From the IMG/VR virus record IMGVR_UViG_3300037312_000330, positions 184,885 through 248,884 of that record: 64,000 bases of DNA; one strand, written 5' to 3'. The translations under genes and the position numbers were made by a program. This stretch comes from a virus. Its lineage: Duplodnaviria; Caudoviricetes. Under the pieces are notes generated by a model that was given only the letters and a program-made list of their open reading frames with translations, had not been told where the DNA came from and ran no database searches. This document shows, piece by piece, positions 53,370-62,125 of this stretch (positions within the stretch are counted from its first letter, which is position 1; each line of letters opens with the position of its first letter).

Positions 53370-54315
53370 GACACATCTAGTCATATTCTCACGTGGACGA
53401 GTGGGTAACCAGAAGACGCTGTCTTATCTGCCATCCACTATTGTCAAGAACAATCTAACGTTCGTGTGCCCGAAGTCCGAAGTGGCAGAACACAAGAAGC
53501 ATGACTACAGCAAAGGACTGGACATTCTAGGATGGGAAGACGGAGTGCATCTGGCCGACAAACGGCTAGGTGTAGCCAAATGGCTGGACAATGAAGGAGT
53601 GAAGCAGTTCCTCTTTCTGGACGACGACCTCAAGCTAAGTGTGTGGTTGTCGGATGAGAAGAAGTTCCGCAGCACACGCAAACTTCACGACAATGGGACA
53701 GGTCCCGTAGATTACTATCTGTCGCAATACACTGACAGACTCTTCAAGGAATATGCTGGAGTTGGATACGGGTGTATGTCCATGCAGGCGCGTATGGAAG
53801 CCATCAAAGAGGGGAACTTCCAACAGGTGAACAAGAAGATGTGTTGCATCTTCGGATATAGAACCGAAGAGTTCTTGGCACGTATGGATCACCCCAAATT
53901 CGAGAAGATCTGGGGTATCGACACTGTGTGGAATCTTGAGACAATGGTCAAGACAGACGACATCGTTACTGACCATCACCTAGCCTGGACTACCGACTTC
54001 GCTGTGAACAACGGCGGTGCCTCAATCTATCGCAACAAGCCAGACGTACTGCACTCGTTTCTGCGCATGATGTTGCTGCATCCTGGATTGATAAGTCGAG
54101 GCAAGGACGGTGTGCATGTCCACTCTTTCCTACGCATTAGTTGGAAGGACATACCCAAGTATGGGACTTATTCTCTATCAGAGAAGGGTGCTAGAATCTT
54201 CTTCGATGAGTTGAAGCATCAGAAGACGAGCGTCAAAGAGTTTCTTAAGAAATGTCCAAAGGATTCAATGCCGTGGTACAGCAATCGAATAGAGAAACTT
54301 AAGTCGCTACTGTAA
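53362..54315 (+). CDS. TAGT/JGT-like DNA glycosyltransferase 1 (GT-A)
   Basis: VIFSRGR...KT, FVCPKSE, KR...W, FLFLDDD (DxD), D..W.L, NNGGAS..R. Confidence 0.7.
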   Translation: MSKTHLVIFSRGRVGNQKTLSYLPSTIVKNNLTFVCPKSEVAEHKKHDYSKGLDILGWEDGVHLADKRLGVAKWLDNEGVKQFLFLDDDLKLSVWLSDEKKFRSTRKLHDNGTGPVDYYLSQYTDRLFKEYAGVGYGCMSMQARMEAIKEGNFQQVNKKMCCIFGYRTEEFLARMDHPKFEKIWGIDTVWNLETMVKTDDIVTDHHLAWTTDFAVNNGGASIYRNKPDVLHSFLRMMLLHPGLISRGKDGVHVHSFLRISWKDIPKYGTYSLSEKGARIFFDELKHQKTSVKEFLKKCPKDSMPWYSNRIEKLKSLL

Positions 54316-54317
54316 AT
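54311..54317 (+). promoter_or_regulatory. Class A motif TGTAAAT
   Basis: Includes the upstream TAA; just before the RBS GGAGG of ORF 54329. Confidence 0.35.
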
Positions 54318-54328
54318 TGGAGGTAGAC

Positions 54329-54652
54329 ATGAGTTCCATACCGAGATTGCGTATTCTGCGAACCTATACTCACGAACTAGCACCCGGTACGCAGTTGATG
54401 ATCGGTGGTCACAACAGCTACGTGACACGAAACAATGATGTTCTCCAATACTACGACGATGAAGCGAGAGATTGGCTGGACATACCTGTAGTGGAGAAGA
54501 ACGATCGTCGCAGCCCAGCAGAGCGTTTGGAGGAAAAGCAACGTGAGGAACGGGCAGCCGCACGAGCCAACGATCCAGCATTCAAGAACGCGGTTCGGAT
54601 GATGAGAGAAGCTGTGGTGAAACAGACAGGAAAGACAAATGGCAAAGTATAA
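54329..54652 (+). CDS. Hypothetical protein
   Basis: GGAGG RBS. Confidence 0.6.
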   Translation: MSSIPRLRILRTYTHELAPGTQLMIGGHNSYVTRNNDVLQYYDDEARDWLDIPVVEKNDRRSPAERLEEKQREERAAARANDPAFKNAVRMMREAVVKQTGKTNGKV

Positions 54653-55505
54653 GGATGAGTGTGTAATCTACATCCCAACGTATCAACGGATTGACAAACA
54701 AGTAACGCTGCAACGCATACCGAAGAGTTCTGGTGTTGACGAAGGCAGGGTGGTACTAGTTGCTCCGAAGAATGAAGTCAAGAAGCTGGAACGTAAGTGG
54801 AACGTACCGGTGATTGCGCAGCCGGATGATATCAAGAACATAGCGCAGAAACGTGCATGGATCATCGAGCAGTGTCGGTATGAGCGCATGTTCATGTTGG
54901 ATGATGACCTGCGGTTCTGCTATCGTCCATCCTTCGGTGGCAAGAAGCTGATCACTGTAGAGAACACACATGAAGGTGCCAACCGTGCGTGGTTGAACGT
55001 AGAACGTGCGTTGGAGCACTTCGCTCATGTTGGCATAGGTGCTCGTATGGGTGCCCAAGAGAAAAGCTTCAGGTGGTCGATCAACAGTCGATGCATGTAC
55101 GTGCTTGGATATCAAACACGCATCATACAGAAGTGCAAGCTGGGATCCATTGACACTCGTGAGGACATGGACTACACTCTACAATTGTTCCAGCGAGGCT
55201 TCCGTAATCTGGTGAACTATCGTCTCTTGGTCGACCAGCAGTTCGCTAAGGCTGGCGGCATGACGGAAGAACGCACTGTCGAGAAGTCGGATAAGGATGC
55301 CATCCGATTGGCGAAGAGATATCCTGGATTCGTAGATGTGATCCAGAAAGCATACAAGCAAAGTGTGCCACGCAAGGAAGTGAGAGTAGCATGGCGTAAA
55401 GCGTTCAACAAGGAAGCAAGCTCCAAACAAGAACGGGAGCTGATGAGACGCCTACTCAACAAGTGGGATCTTGCAACCACCAGAAACCTGAACGAACTAC
55501 TATGA
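54639..55505 (+). CDS. TAGT/JGT-like DNA glycosyltransferase 2 (GT-A)
   Basis: IYIPTYQR...T, LVAPKNE, NIAQKRAWI, FMLDDDL, EDMDYTLQL..RG, AGGM...RT, LAKRYPG, VAWRKA. Confidence 0.8.
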   Translation: MAKYKDECVIYIPTYQRIDKQVTLQRIPKSSGVDEGRVVLVAPKNEVKKLERKWNVPVIAQPDDIKNIAQKRAWIIEQCRYERMFMLDDDLRFCYRPSFGGKKLITVENTHEGANRAWLNVERALEHFAHVGIGARMGAQEKSFRWSINSRCMYVLGYQTRIIQKCKLGSIDTREDMDYTLQLFQRGFRNLVNYRLLVDQQFAKAGGMTEERTVEKSDKDAIRLAKRYPGFVDVIQKAYKQSVPRKEVRVAWRKAFNKEASSKQERELMRRLLNKWDLATTRNLNELL

Positions 55506-57028
55506 ACCAAAGCGTACTCCTTATCTTGAGTGCTGACTACTGCAATCCTGAGTTGCAGTCCGAGTTCGGTGCCAAACTACCTGCCTGCATGGTCCCACTC
55601 GGACCGAAAGTGCTGCTCCAGCACCAAGTGGAGTCCGCGTTCGATAACATACCTGATCTGCGATGGATCTTTGTGGGGATGCCATCTATTGGGGACAGTA
55701 TTAGAGCAGACAGTTATGTCTACAAGAAATGGGGGAAACGGGTAAAGTTCGTTCCCATTGAAGGCAGCAACAGCATGACGGAGACGTTCAACGGTCTGTT
55801 GGGTGCTGCGGCAGCTTGGATTAAAGAAGATCTTGCAACGCCAATCTTCAAGGACGATGCATGGCGGGTGCACGTTCTGAACGGCGACACCTTGTTTACG
55901 AGCGGTTGGAATACGTTCGGGAAAGTGATGTCTCAAGAAGACATCCGCGTGTTCGCACGTTCCAAGGAACTGATCAAGAAGCCAGTGGAAGAACGTTTGG
56001 GTATTGAGTACGTGGGAAAGATGGCGTTCTACTTCTCCGTGCAGCAATATATGAATTTCCCACAACAATACTCGTACGAAAGTCTGGTGCAAGCGTTGAA
56101 CCCGGTCGTGATACCGGAGGAAGACTGGCTAGACTTCGGCCATATGACCACCTATTATCGTAGTCGTAGACGTCTTCTGGCAACGAGGGCTTTCAATAGC
56201 ATCAAGATCGGACACAACGGACACATATTCAAGTACGGAGAAACCCAAAAGATGAAGGCGGAGCTGGCTTGGTACATGAGCGCCCCACGTTCTGTATCTA
56301 TGTATGCACCGCAAGTGGATGCGTTAAGAAACGATGATTCCGGATACGCTATGGAGTATCTGCCATATCCGTCGTTGGCAGAACTACTCGTTCACGGCAA
56401 TCACACTAGATCGTTCTGGCAACATATCCAGGGACTGCTACGCGAGCTTCTGAATACGATGTCTAGGTGCGAAGCGCCGATGTATCAATGGGACGATCCG
56501 TTCATGCTGAACAAGACGATCGAGCGCGTTGGTAGCCTGCAGGAGTGCTATCAAGAAAGAGCATTCGAGATTGTGGACTGGCTCCGTACACAGAAACCGC
56601 CGCACCATGCATGTGCTGTGCACGGTGATTTGTGTTTCTCAAACATACTGTACGATCAGCGTTCTGACTCCATTAAGATCATCGATCCACGTGGCCCAGA
56701 CACGTTCGGAAACCAACTGTATGATCTAGCCAAGTTGTTCCATTCTACAGCAGGTGCTTATGACTTCGCCGTGGCTGACTTGGAAGCTGACGCAAACAAA
56801 GAAGCTATCATGGCGGATCTCAGTGAGTTCGTGTTGAATTACGCGAAACAACGCTGGAATGTCGATAAGCGGGTAATAGTTGGAATGACTGCGCTGCTGT
56901 TCTACAGCATGTTGCCGCTGCACGTTGATGACATGGAAAGATGCAAGCGTCTGCTGAACAGGGCAGAAGGTGCTTATCGCAACTGGAAGAACATCTATGG
57001 ACAAGATGCATCCAACACATCTAACTAG
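55502..57028 (+). CDS. Fusion of nucleotidyltransferase-like domain and APH/choline-kinase-like domain (sugar kinase, capsule-biosynthesis type)
   Basis: N-terminal LQSEFG.KLPACMVPLG...LNGDT; linker WLDFGH..TYYRSR...TRAFN; kinase VHGDLCFSNILYD, IIDPRG, YDLAKL.HS. Confidence 0.8.
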   Translation: MNQSVLLILSADYCNPELQSEFGAKLPACMVPLGPKVLLQHQVESAFDNIPDLRWIFVGMPSIGDSIRADSYVYKKWGKRVKFVPIEGSNSMTETFNGLLGAAAAWIKEDLATPIFKDDAWRVHVLNGDTLFTSGWNTFGKVMSQEDIRVFARSKELIKKPVEERLGIEYVGKMAFYFSVQQYMNFPQQYSYESLVQALNPVVIPEEDWLDFGHMTTYYRSRRRLLATRAFNSIKIGHNGHIFKYGETQKMKAELAWYMSAPRSVSMYAPQVDALRNDDSGYAMEYLPYPSLAELLVHGNHTRSFWQHIQGLLRELLNTMSRCEAPMYQWDDPFMLNKTIERVGSLQECYQERAFEIVDWLRTQKPPHHACAVHGDLCFSNILYDQRSDSIKIIDPRGPDTFGNQLYDLAKLFHSTAGAYDFAVADLEADANKEAIMADLSEFVLNYAKQRWNVDKRVIVGMTALLFYSMLPLHVDDMERCKRLLNRAEGAYRNWKNIYGQDASNTSN

Positions 57029-57314
57029 CATCGTTCCTAACGAGAAGCTAGGTCAAGAGATCATGGCTCTGCGTTATGATCTAGTGGACAAGGTGTTGGT
57101 GGGGATGTTGCAAGAATGCCAGCGCCAAGCACACAACGACAGCAGGTCTGGTCGGTTCAAACTGGCGCGTGCACTACACAGACTTTCTCACACATTAAAC
57201 GGATGTTTGCTGGACATGTCGTCAGTAACAGAAGTGTGCCATAAGTTCATTGAACAAGAGAAGGCTGTACAAGAAGGACAAGGATCTGATCAAGGAACTG
57301 ACGCGGTCACGTGA
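57006..57314 (+). CDS. Hypothetical helical protein
   Basis: ORF in operon. Confidence 0.5.
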   Translation: MHPTHLTSIVPNEKLGQEIMALRYDLVDKVLVGMLQECQRQAHNDSRSGRFKLARALHRLSHTLNGCLLDMSSVTEVCHKFIEQEKAVQEGQGSDQGTDAVT

Positions 57315-57426
57315 GAAGTTTCTTGTTGTTGGTGCACCAAAATGATCTGGGATATCGTCTGCTGCGTGTCATACGTAGTAATAGCAGCGTTCTTGATTTG
57401 GGGTTGTGTTAAGAAGGACAAAGATC

Positions 57427-58218
57427 ATGATGATAACAGTGTTGCTGATGGCAGCGGGTGCTGGAACACGGATGTTGTCCGATGTGCCGAAGCCGTTCAT
57501 CAAAGTGGGTCAAACACAGATGTGGGAGCTAGTAGCCAAAAAGCTCGGGCTACACAAGAAGAGGGAAGTGGCGAAGTATCTGATTGTGCAGGATCAGCAC
57601 AAACAATATCTGCTGATGGATAGCGAATCAGAGAAGTACGTGGATACAGCTATTGCCATTACGGACATGACGAGTAAAGGTCCGGCGTGGTCAGTAGCAG
57701 CGGCAACCATGAGCATGAGTAGTGACCAGAGTATTTTGATTCTGGACTCCGACTGCTGGGTGGAAGTGCCCCCAAACGCGCCAGCCTACATGCAACACAA
57801 TGCTGCGCTATTAGGGTCGACAGAGATCGAACAGATACTTAGGATGCGTCCTGCTTGGGGAACGGATATCATGCTGTTCGGAGTCCGCGTCTTTGAAGAC
57901 ACGCCCAATGCGTCAGAGATTGTTCTGAATGTCAAATCTGATCCGCTGGGTCGTGTTGAAGCAATCAGAGAAGGCGGTGTGAAAAATGGTGGCATCCTGA
58001 ATGTCGGTGCGTATTGGTTCCGAAGCGTAGGTGATTTCCGAGCACGCCTAGCCAAGTGCACTTCGCAAACGGAAGTCAAGATCAGCGACGTGGTGAACGT
58101 GCGAGCGTGGCCGTCTGACGTGATGGTGCTGAACGGAGAATTCCGCAATCTTGGCACACGTGAGTTGCTTGATGCGTATCTAAAGGATAGCGATGACAAA
58201 ACAACAGACACTGTTTGA
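57427..58218 (+). CDS. Sugar-phosphate nucleotidyltransferase (NTP_transferase family)
   Basis: LLMAAGAGTRM...PKPFIKV, ILDSD, VGAYWF, LGT. Confidence 0.85.
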   Translation: MMITVLLMAAGAGTRMLSDVPKPFIKVGQTQMWELVAKKLGLHKKREVAKYLIVQDQHKQYLLMDSESEKYVDTAIAITDMTSKGPAWSVAAATMSMSSDQSILILDSDCWVEVPPNAPAYMQHNAALLGSTEIEQILRMRPAWGTDIMLFGVRVFEDTPNASEIVLNVKSDPLGRVEAIREGGVKNGGILNVGAYWFRSVGDFRARLAKCTSQTEVKISDVVNVRAWPSDVMVLNGEFRNLGTRELLDAYLKDSDDKTTDTV

Positions 58219-59164
58219 TGACAGTGAGAACTATCTGTTTAGACCAGAACAACAAAACGAACTGGATTCCATTGTCAAGTTCTGGATCGAGAGACACAAG
58301 ATCTATCTGCGGCGCAACGTTCTAAAGAAGGAGAAGCCGTGGACAAAGGATCCGATGCTTCTCAACTATCGCTTCTGCAACATCTATCGTGAGATCGATA
58401 CAGTGTCCGAATGGATCATCGACAACGTGATACACAAGTACGAGAAGAACGACAATCTGTGGTTCATGTTGGCTGCCAGTCGTCTGATCAATTGGCCTGA
58501 CACGTTGGCCGAAATGATTAAGGAACGAGCGTGGCCCATCGAACTCTATTCAGCAACCAAGCTGTATCGGGTACTTTCAGAGCGTGCTGAACGCAAAGAG
58601 AAGGTGATCACTGGAGCATACATCGTAAACTCCGTGTTCCCTAATGGGGTAAAGCCACCAGACACTAGAAAGGTCTACTACATACCGTACTTCGGGCTAC
58701 AAGGATTGTGGCAGAAGCGCGACGTGCTGCAGAAAGCCGCGAAGACCAGCATGGAATCGTTCGTCACTGAGATGACGAAATGCCACGGTTGGGGAGCTTT
58801 CATGGCCTATCAAGTGGCAGTAGATCTGAGCTACAGTAAGAAGTGGCTTGGCAATGCACCAGACGTCCACACGTACACAAGTCCGGGTCCTGGAACTACA
58901 CGCGGGATGGCGCGTCTGATGACAGGTGGTAAGAAGGCCGAACTTAGGGGGAAAGCTCTAAACAAGTACATGATCAAGCTCCGAGAGAAGATGAACGAAC
59001 GTGGTAAGGAGCTGATCAACCCAAAGTGGTGGACTGGGGACTTCAAGACAGGGTTTGCGGAACTAAGTATGCCGAATGTCAGTAATTGTTGCTGCGAATT
59101 CGATAAATACTGTCGTCTCATCGGTGGTGAAGGTGAACCACGCTCACGTTATCCCGGATCCTGA
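58193..59164 (+). CDS. aGPT-Pplase1-family 5-hmdU DNA hypermodification enzyme
   Basis: FWIERHKIY...KPWTKDPML.NYRFCNIYRE.D, SRLINW, GAY, G.GAFMAYQ..VDL, PGPGT.RG, CCEFDKY.R...GEG.PR. Confidence 0.85.
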   Translation: MTKQQTLFDDSENYLFRPEQQNELDSIVKFWIERHKIYLRRNVLKKEKPWTKDPMLLNYRFCNIYREIDTVSEWIIDNVIHKYEKNDNLWFMLAASRLINWPDTLAEMIKERAWPIELYSATKLYRVLSERAERKEKVITGAYIVNSVFPNGVKPPDTRKVYYIPYFGLQGLWQKRDVLQKAAKTSMESFVTEMTKCHGWGAFMAYQVAVDLSYSKKWLGNAPDVHTYTSPGPGTTRGMARLMTGGKKAELRGKALNKYMIKLREKMNERGKELINPKWWTGDFKTGFAELSMPNVSNCCCEFDKYCRLIGGEGEPRSRYPGS

Positions 59165-60014
59165 GTCCTTCCTAGGCACAAATGCACCTAGACTATTCGT
59201 ACGTAACATAGTAAAAGATCTGGACTTCTCCATTGCTGGAATATACGTCTGGATCTTCGACAGGCGGTATGCGTATGTCGGAAGTGCTAAGAATCTCTCA
59301 AAGAGACTGCGTCAACATTGCAGATTGATTGTTGGCAGAACGCGATCCATAAACACTAGTCGCAAGCACTCCAGGGTAGCTAAGAAATATGCAGACAGTG
59401 CAGAACTCTTCATTCTTGAGAACGGAGATTTCGACATGGCAGAGGCTTATAGCCTAGAGCGTGAATGGATCGCCTTCTTCCACAGACACGCGCCGGAAGG
59501 TCTGCTGCTTAACGATCACATGCTTCCAGGCGGTGGCCTGTCTAACAAGAGAGCCATGCAGAAGCGTTGGACGTCAGACGCACGCAAAGTGCGTAGTGAC
59601 TTCATGAAGAAGCAAGTCAGGCACCAATGGAAGAACCCAGAGTTCATTGAGATAAACAGAGAACGAATGCGGAAGCTTCGAGCTACTGGATGGATACCTG
59701 CCAAGGTGCAAATCGTAGACGTGACAACCCCGTTAGGCGACACTTACACATTGCGAGCCAAATCTCTACGACAGATCTTTATGACGAGCACCGATAACAT
59801 GGCCCATGTGAGAGTGTTCAAGTCACCAATGTTAGTTGGTTGGAGACTAGGGAACTTACGTGAAGCTTCAGGCAAAACTATTCCACATACACACGAGGAT
59901 GAATTCAAAAGAGACCCGTGTGTCAAAGCTATCGTGGGACTACGCACCACGAATGTGAAGTTATTTGCATTACGTGAGACATCGGCATCGCTATTGCGAC
60001 CGGTATACTCATAG
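59133..60014 (+). mobile_element. Free-standing GIY-YIG homing endonuclease gene
   Basis: AGIYVW...YAYVGSAKNLSKRLRQH...ILE...LEREWI; start uncertain (GTG 59124-59133 or ATG 59076). Confidence 0.8.
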
Positions 60015-60031
60015 ATAGCAGGAGACAATCT

Positions 60032-60298
60032 ATGGCAAAACGCGAATCACATCTGGTACGTTACTTCTTGAACCTGTACGAAGATCGAGACAGGGCAGAA
60101 CTCACCAAGCTTGTCACAAAGCTAGACCACGAGGCAAATCGGTTGAAGTGGCTTCAAAGCAAAGCTGCCCAAACACCGAACGAGGACGGATACGAATGGG
60201 GTGTGTTTCGCGTAAAGCGGGACGAAAGTGGGAAGGTAATAGATGTAGAAAGGTGTAACCCTGAATACATCGATCTTGATGAAGCAATGAAGAGCTGA
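60032..60298 (+). CDS. Hypothetical protein
   Basis: AGGAG RBS. Confidence 0.6.
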   Translation: MAKRESHLVRYFLNLYEDRDRAELTKLVTKLDHEANRLKWLQSKAAQTPNEDGYEWGVFRVKRDESGKVIDVERCNPEYIDLDEAMKS

Positions 60299-60302
60299 AC
60301 AC

Positions 60303-60316
60303 TGTAAAGTAAGAAC
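60303..60316 (+). promoter_or_regulatory. Class A motif TGTAAAGTAAGAAC directly abutting the ATG
   Basis: Same 14-mer as 13911-13924; no SD sequence, so possibly a leaderless transcript. Confidence 0.6.
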
Positions 60317-60847
60317 ATGAAAACTGTAATCACTCTAGTGGGGTTGCCCGGTTCAGGTAAGACAACTCTTGGTGACATGATCCACAAGTTGATCGGAGGC
60401 TCACGCGTAAATGCCGATCAAGTGCGCGAGACCATTAGCTGCGACCTGAAGTTCACGCAAGGAAACCGTGAAATCCAGGCGTATCGAATGGGCGCATTGG
60501 CCGCACTCTCCCTATTCGAGCCTGTTCAGATCATGTCTGACACACCGATGGGCACGTTGAATCAGACTGCCATCGTAGATTTCGTGTGCCCTACACAACG
60601 CACGCGAGATGTGTACGATTGGGCGATCAGGTCGCAATTGCCATTCCCGGTGCGCAGGTTCACGATCTGGATGGACACAATCACGCCGTCTCAGTGTCGA
60701 TTCGAGGATACGGCCAAGTTGTTCCAAGAGCCGAGTGGTGCGGACATCATCGTACATGGATACAAGACAAAGGAAGAATTGACTAGGATGGCAGAATCCA
60801 TTGCTTACGAGATTCGGCCGGACAAATTTGGAATCAGGAAGGCATAA
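60317..60847 (+). CDS. Adenylyl-sulfate (APS) kinase-like P-loop kinase
   Basis: LVGLPGSGKTT, VNADQVR...DLKFT..NR..QA.RM, IVDFVCPT..TR, IWMDT, RFEDT.K.FQEP. Confidence 0.75.
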   Translation: MKTVITLVGLPGSGKTTLGDMIHKLIGGSRVNADQVRETISCDLKFTQGNREIQAYRMGALAALSLFEPVQIMSDTPMGTLNQTAIVDFVCPTQRTRDVYDWAIRSQLPFPVRRFTIWMDTITPSQCRFEDTAKLFQEPSGADIIVHGYKTKEELTRMAESIAYEIRPDKFGIRKA

Positions 60848-60848
60848 C

Positions 60849-62117
60849 ATGAAAGTAATCAAGGGTTGCAACACAGTCGATCGTGGACTCCAAGCGATTC
60901 TGACAGAGCTCAATAAGCCCGGCAATCATGTGGACACACAGAGCCGAAACGGTCCGGTGCGTCGATTCAAGGGTCCAGTTGCCATCATGTGGACGAGACC
61001 TCAGTTCCGGGTTTCCTTCGATCCAATCCGGGATGCTAATCCGGCGTTCCACTTGTTTGAAGCACTGTGGATGCTGAGCGGAGAGAACGATGTCAAGCGT
61101 CCTGCATACTTCGCCAGTCAGATGGGGCAATTCTCTGATGACGGAGAGACATTCCATGGTGCGTATGGTCACCGTTGGGTAAAGCACTTTGGCATCGACC
61201 AAATTCGCGAGTATGTGATTCCTGCGTTGAGAAAGAACAAGGAAGACAGACGCGTGGTACTGCAGATGTGGGATGGTGATGTGGACACGAAGCAAGGTCT
61301 GAATCCTAAAAGCCGTGACGTTCCGTGTAACCTGACAGCCACATTCGACGCCAGTCAAGGCGATGGCCGTCTTCATATGACGGTATTCAATCGTAGCAAC
61401 GACATTGTGTGGGGTGCGACAGGTGCCAACATCGTTCACTTCTCGATCCTGCACGAGTACGTGGCAAGCGCGCTTGGTATTGGAATTGGTACATACGAAC
61501 AGATCTCCACGAATAGTCACCTGTACTTGGAGCTAAACGAAGCGAGCAAGAAGGTGCTAGCGGCACATGCTGCCAATCCTGATCGTGAGACCATGTACGC
61601 TGGACGCCTGAGCTTCCTGCGTGATCCAGAAGCGTATCCAGAGCAAGACCCTGAAACGTGGCAAACGATGTTCGATCAGGATATTCAGACATTGATGAAT
61701 TGCTACAACAAAGTAGCAAATTGCACCTTCAAGACTCAGTTCTTCCAGCGTGTTGTGGCACCAGTGATCAACGCGTTCAATCTGTACAAGAACGATGACG
61801 GTCTGGAAGATGCGATGCGTCTTCTGATGAGATGCGTGGTGCAGAACGAACAGGAACCGTGGTGGTCTTGGCACGACTGGAATGTGGCTACTTTCCAGTG
61901 GATGCAACGACGAGTGCAGCAGCGTAATGACAAACTTGCGGATTGTCTGAACGCCACTGACATCGAATCCTTTGAAGCAAGCGTGCGTAAGGTGTGGAAG
62001 AAAGTACGCCGAATTGGCAACGACTTCGTCATAGATGATGCCAAACATCCGGTTAAAGCCTCCTTCGAACCACTAAGGAAGTATGTAATGTATCGTGGTC
62101 TTACACCGGCCAACTAA
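60849..62117 (+). CDS. Thymidylate-synthase homolog, dUMP hydroxymethylase type
   Basis: SRNG, RDANP.FHL.EALWML.G, FSDDG..F.GAYG.RW, RR.VLQMW, catalytic DVPCN, RSNDIVWGATGAN (Asn = uracil specificity), SHLY. Confidence 0.85.
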   Translation: MKVIKGCNTVDRGLQAILTELNKPGNHVDTQSRNGPVRRFKGPVAIMWTRPQFRVSFDPIRDANPAFHLFEALWMLSGENDVKRPAYFASQMGQFSDDGETFHGAYGHRWVKHFGIDQIREYVIPALRKNKEDRRVVLQMWDGDVDTKQGLNPKSRDVPCNLTATFDASQGDGRLHMTVFNRSNDIVWGATGANIVHFSILHEYVASALGIGIGTYEQISTNSHLYLELNEASKKVLAAHAANPDRETMYAGRLSFLRDPEAYPEQDPETWQTMFDQDIQTLMNCYNKVANCTFKTQFFQRVVAPVINAFNLYKNDDGLEDAMRLLMRCVVQNEQEPWWSWHDWNVATFQWMQRRVQQRNDKLADCLNATDIESFEASVRKVWKKVRRIGNDFVIDDAKHPVKASFEPLRKYVMYRGLTPAN

Positions 62118-62125
62118 AGGAAAAT

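Noticed and set aside
57342-57623. 93-aa ORF with a hydrophobic N-terminus
   Set aside because: About two thirds overlaps the nucleotidyltransferase in another frame. The first ~30 codons could be a real membrane peptide, but this cannot be supported.
59076-60031. Group I intron carrying the GIY-YIG ORF
   Set aside because: The upstream aGPT gene appears complete with its C-terminal motif, no downstream exon was found and no P/Q/R/S elements were recognised.
60849-62117. Ordinary thymidylate synthase (thyA) or a dCMP hydroxymethylase
   Set aside because: The RDANPxFH, FSDDG and RSND..WGA.GAN signatures plus the neighbouring aGPT-Pplase1 and Nmad1 genes fit the dUMP hydroxymethylase clade. 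Asn rather than Asp at the specificity position argues against a dCMP substrate. Not biochemically proven.
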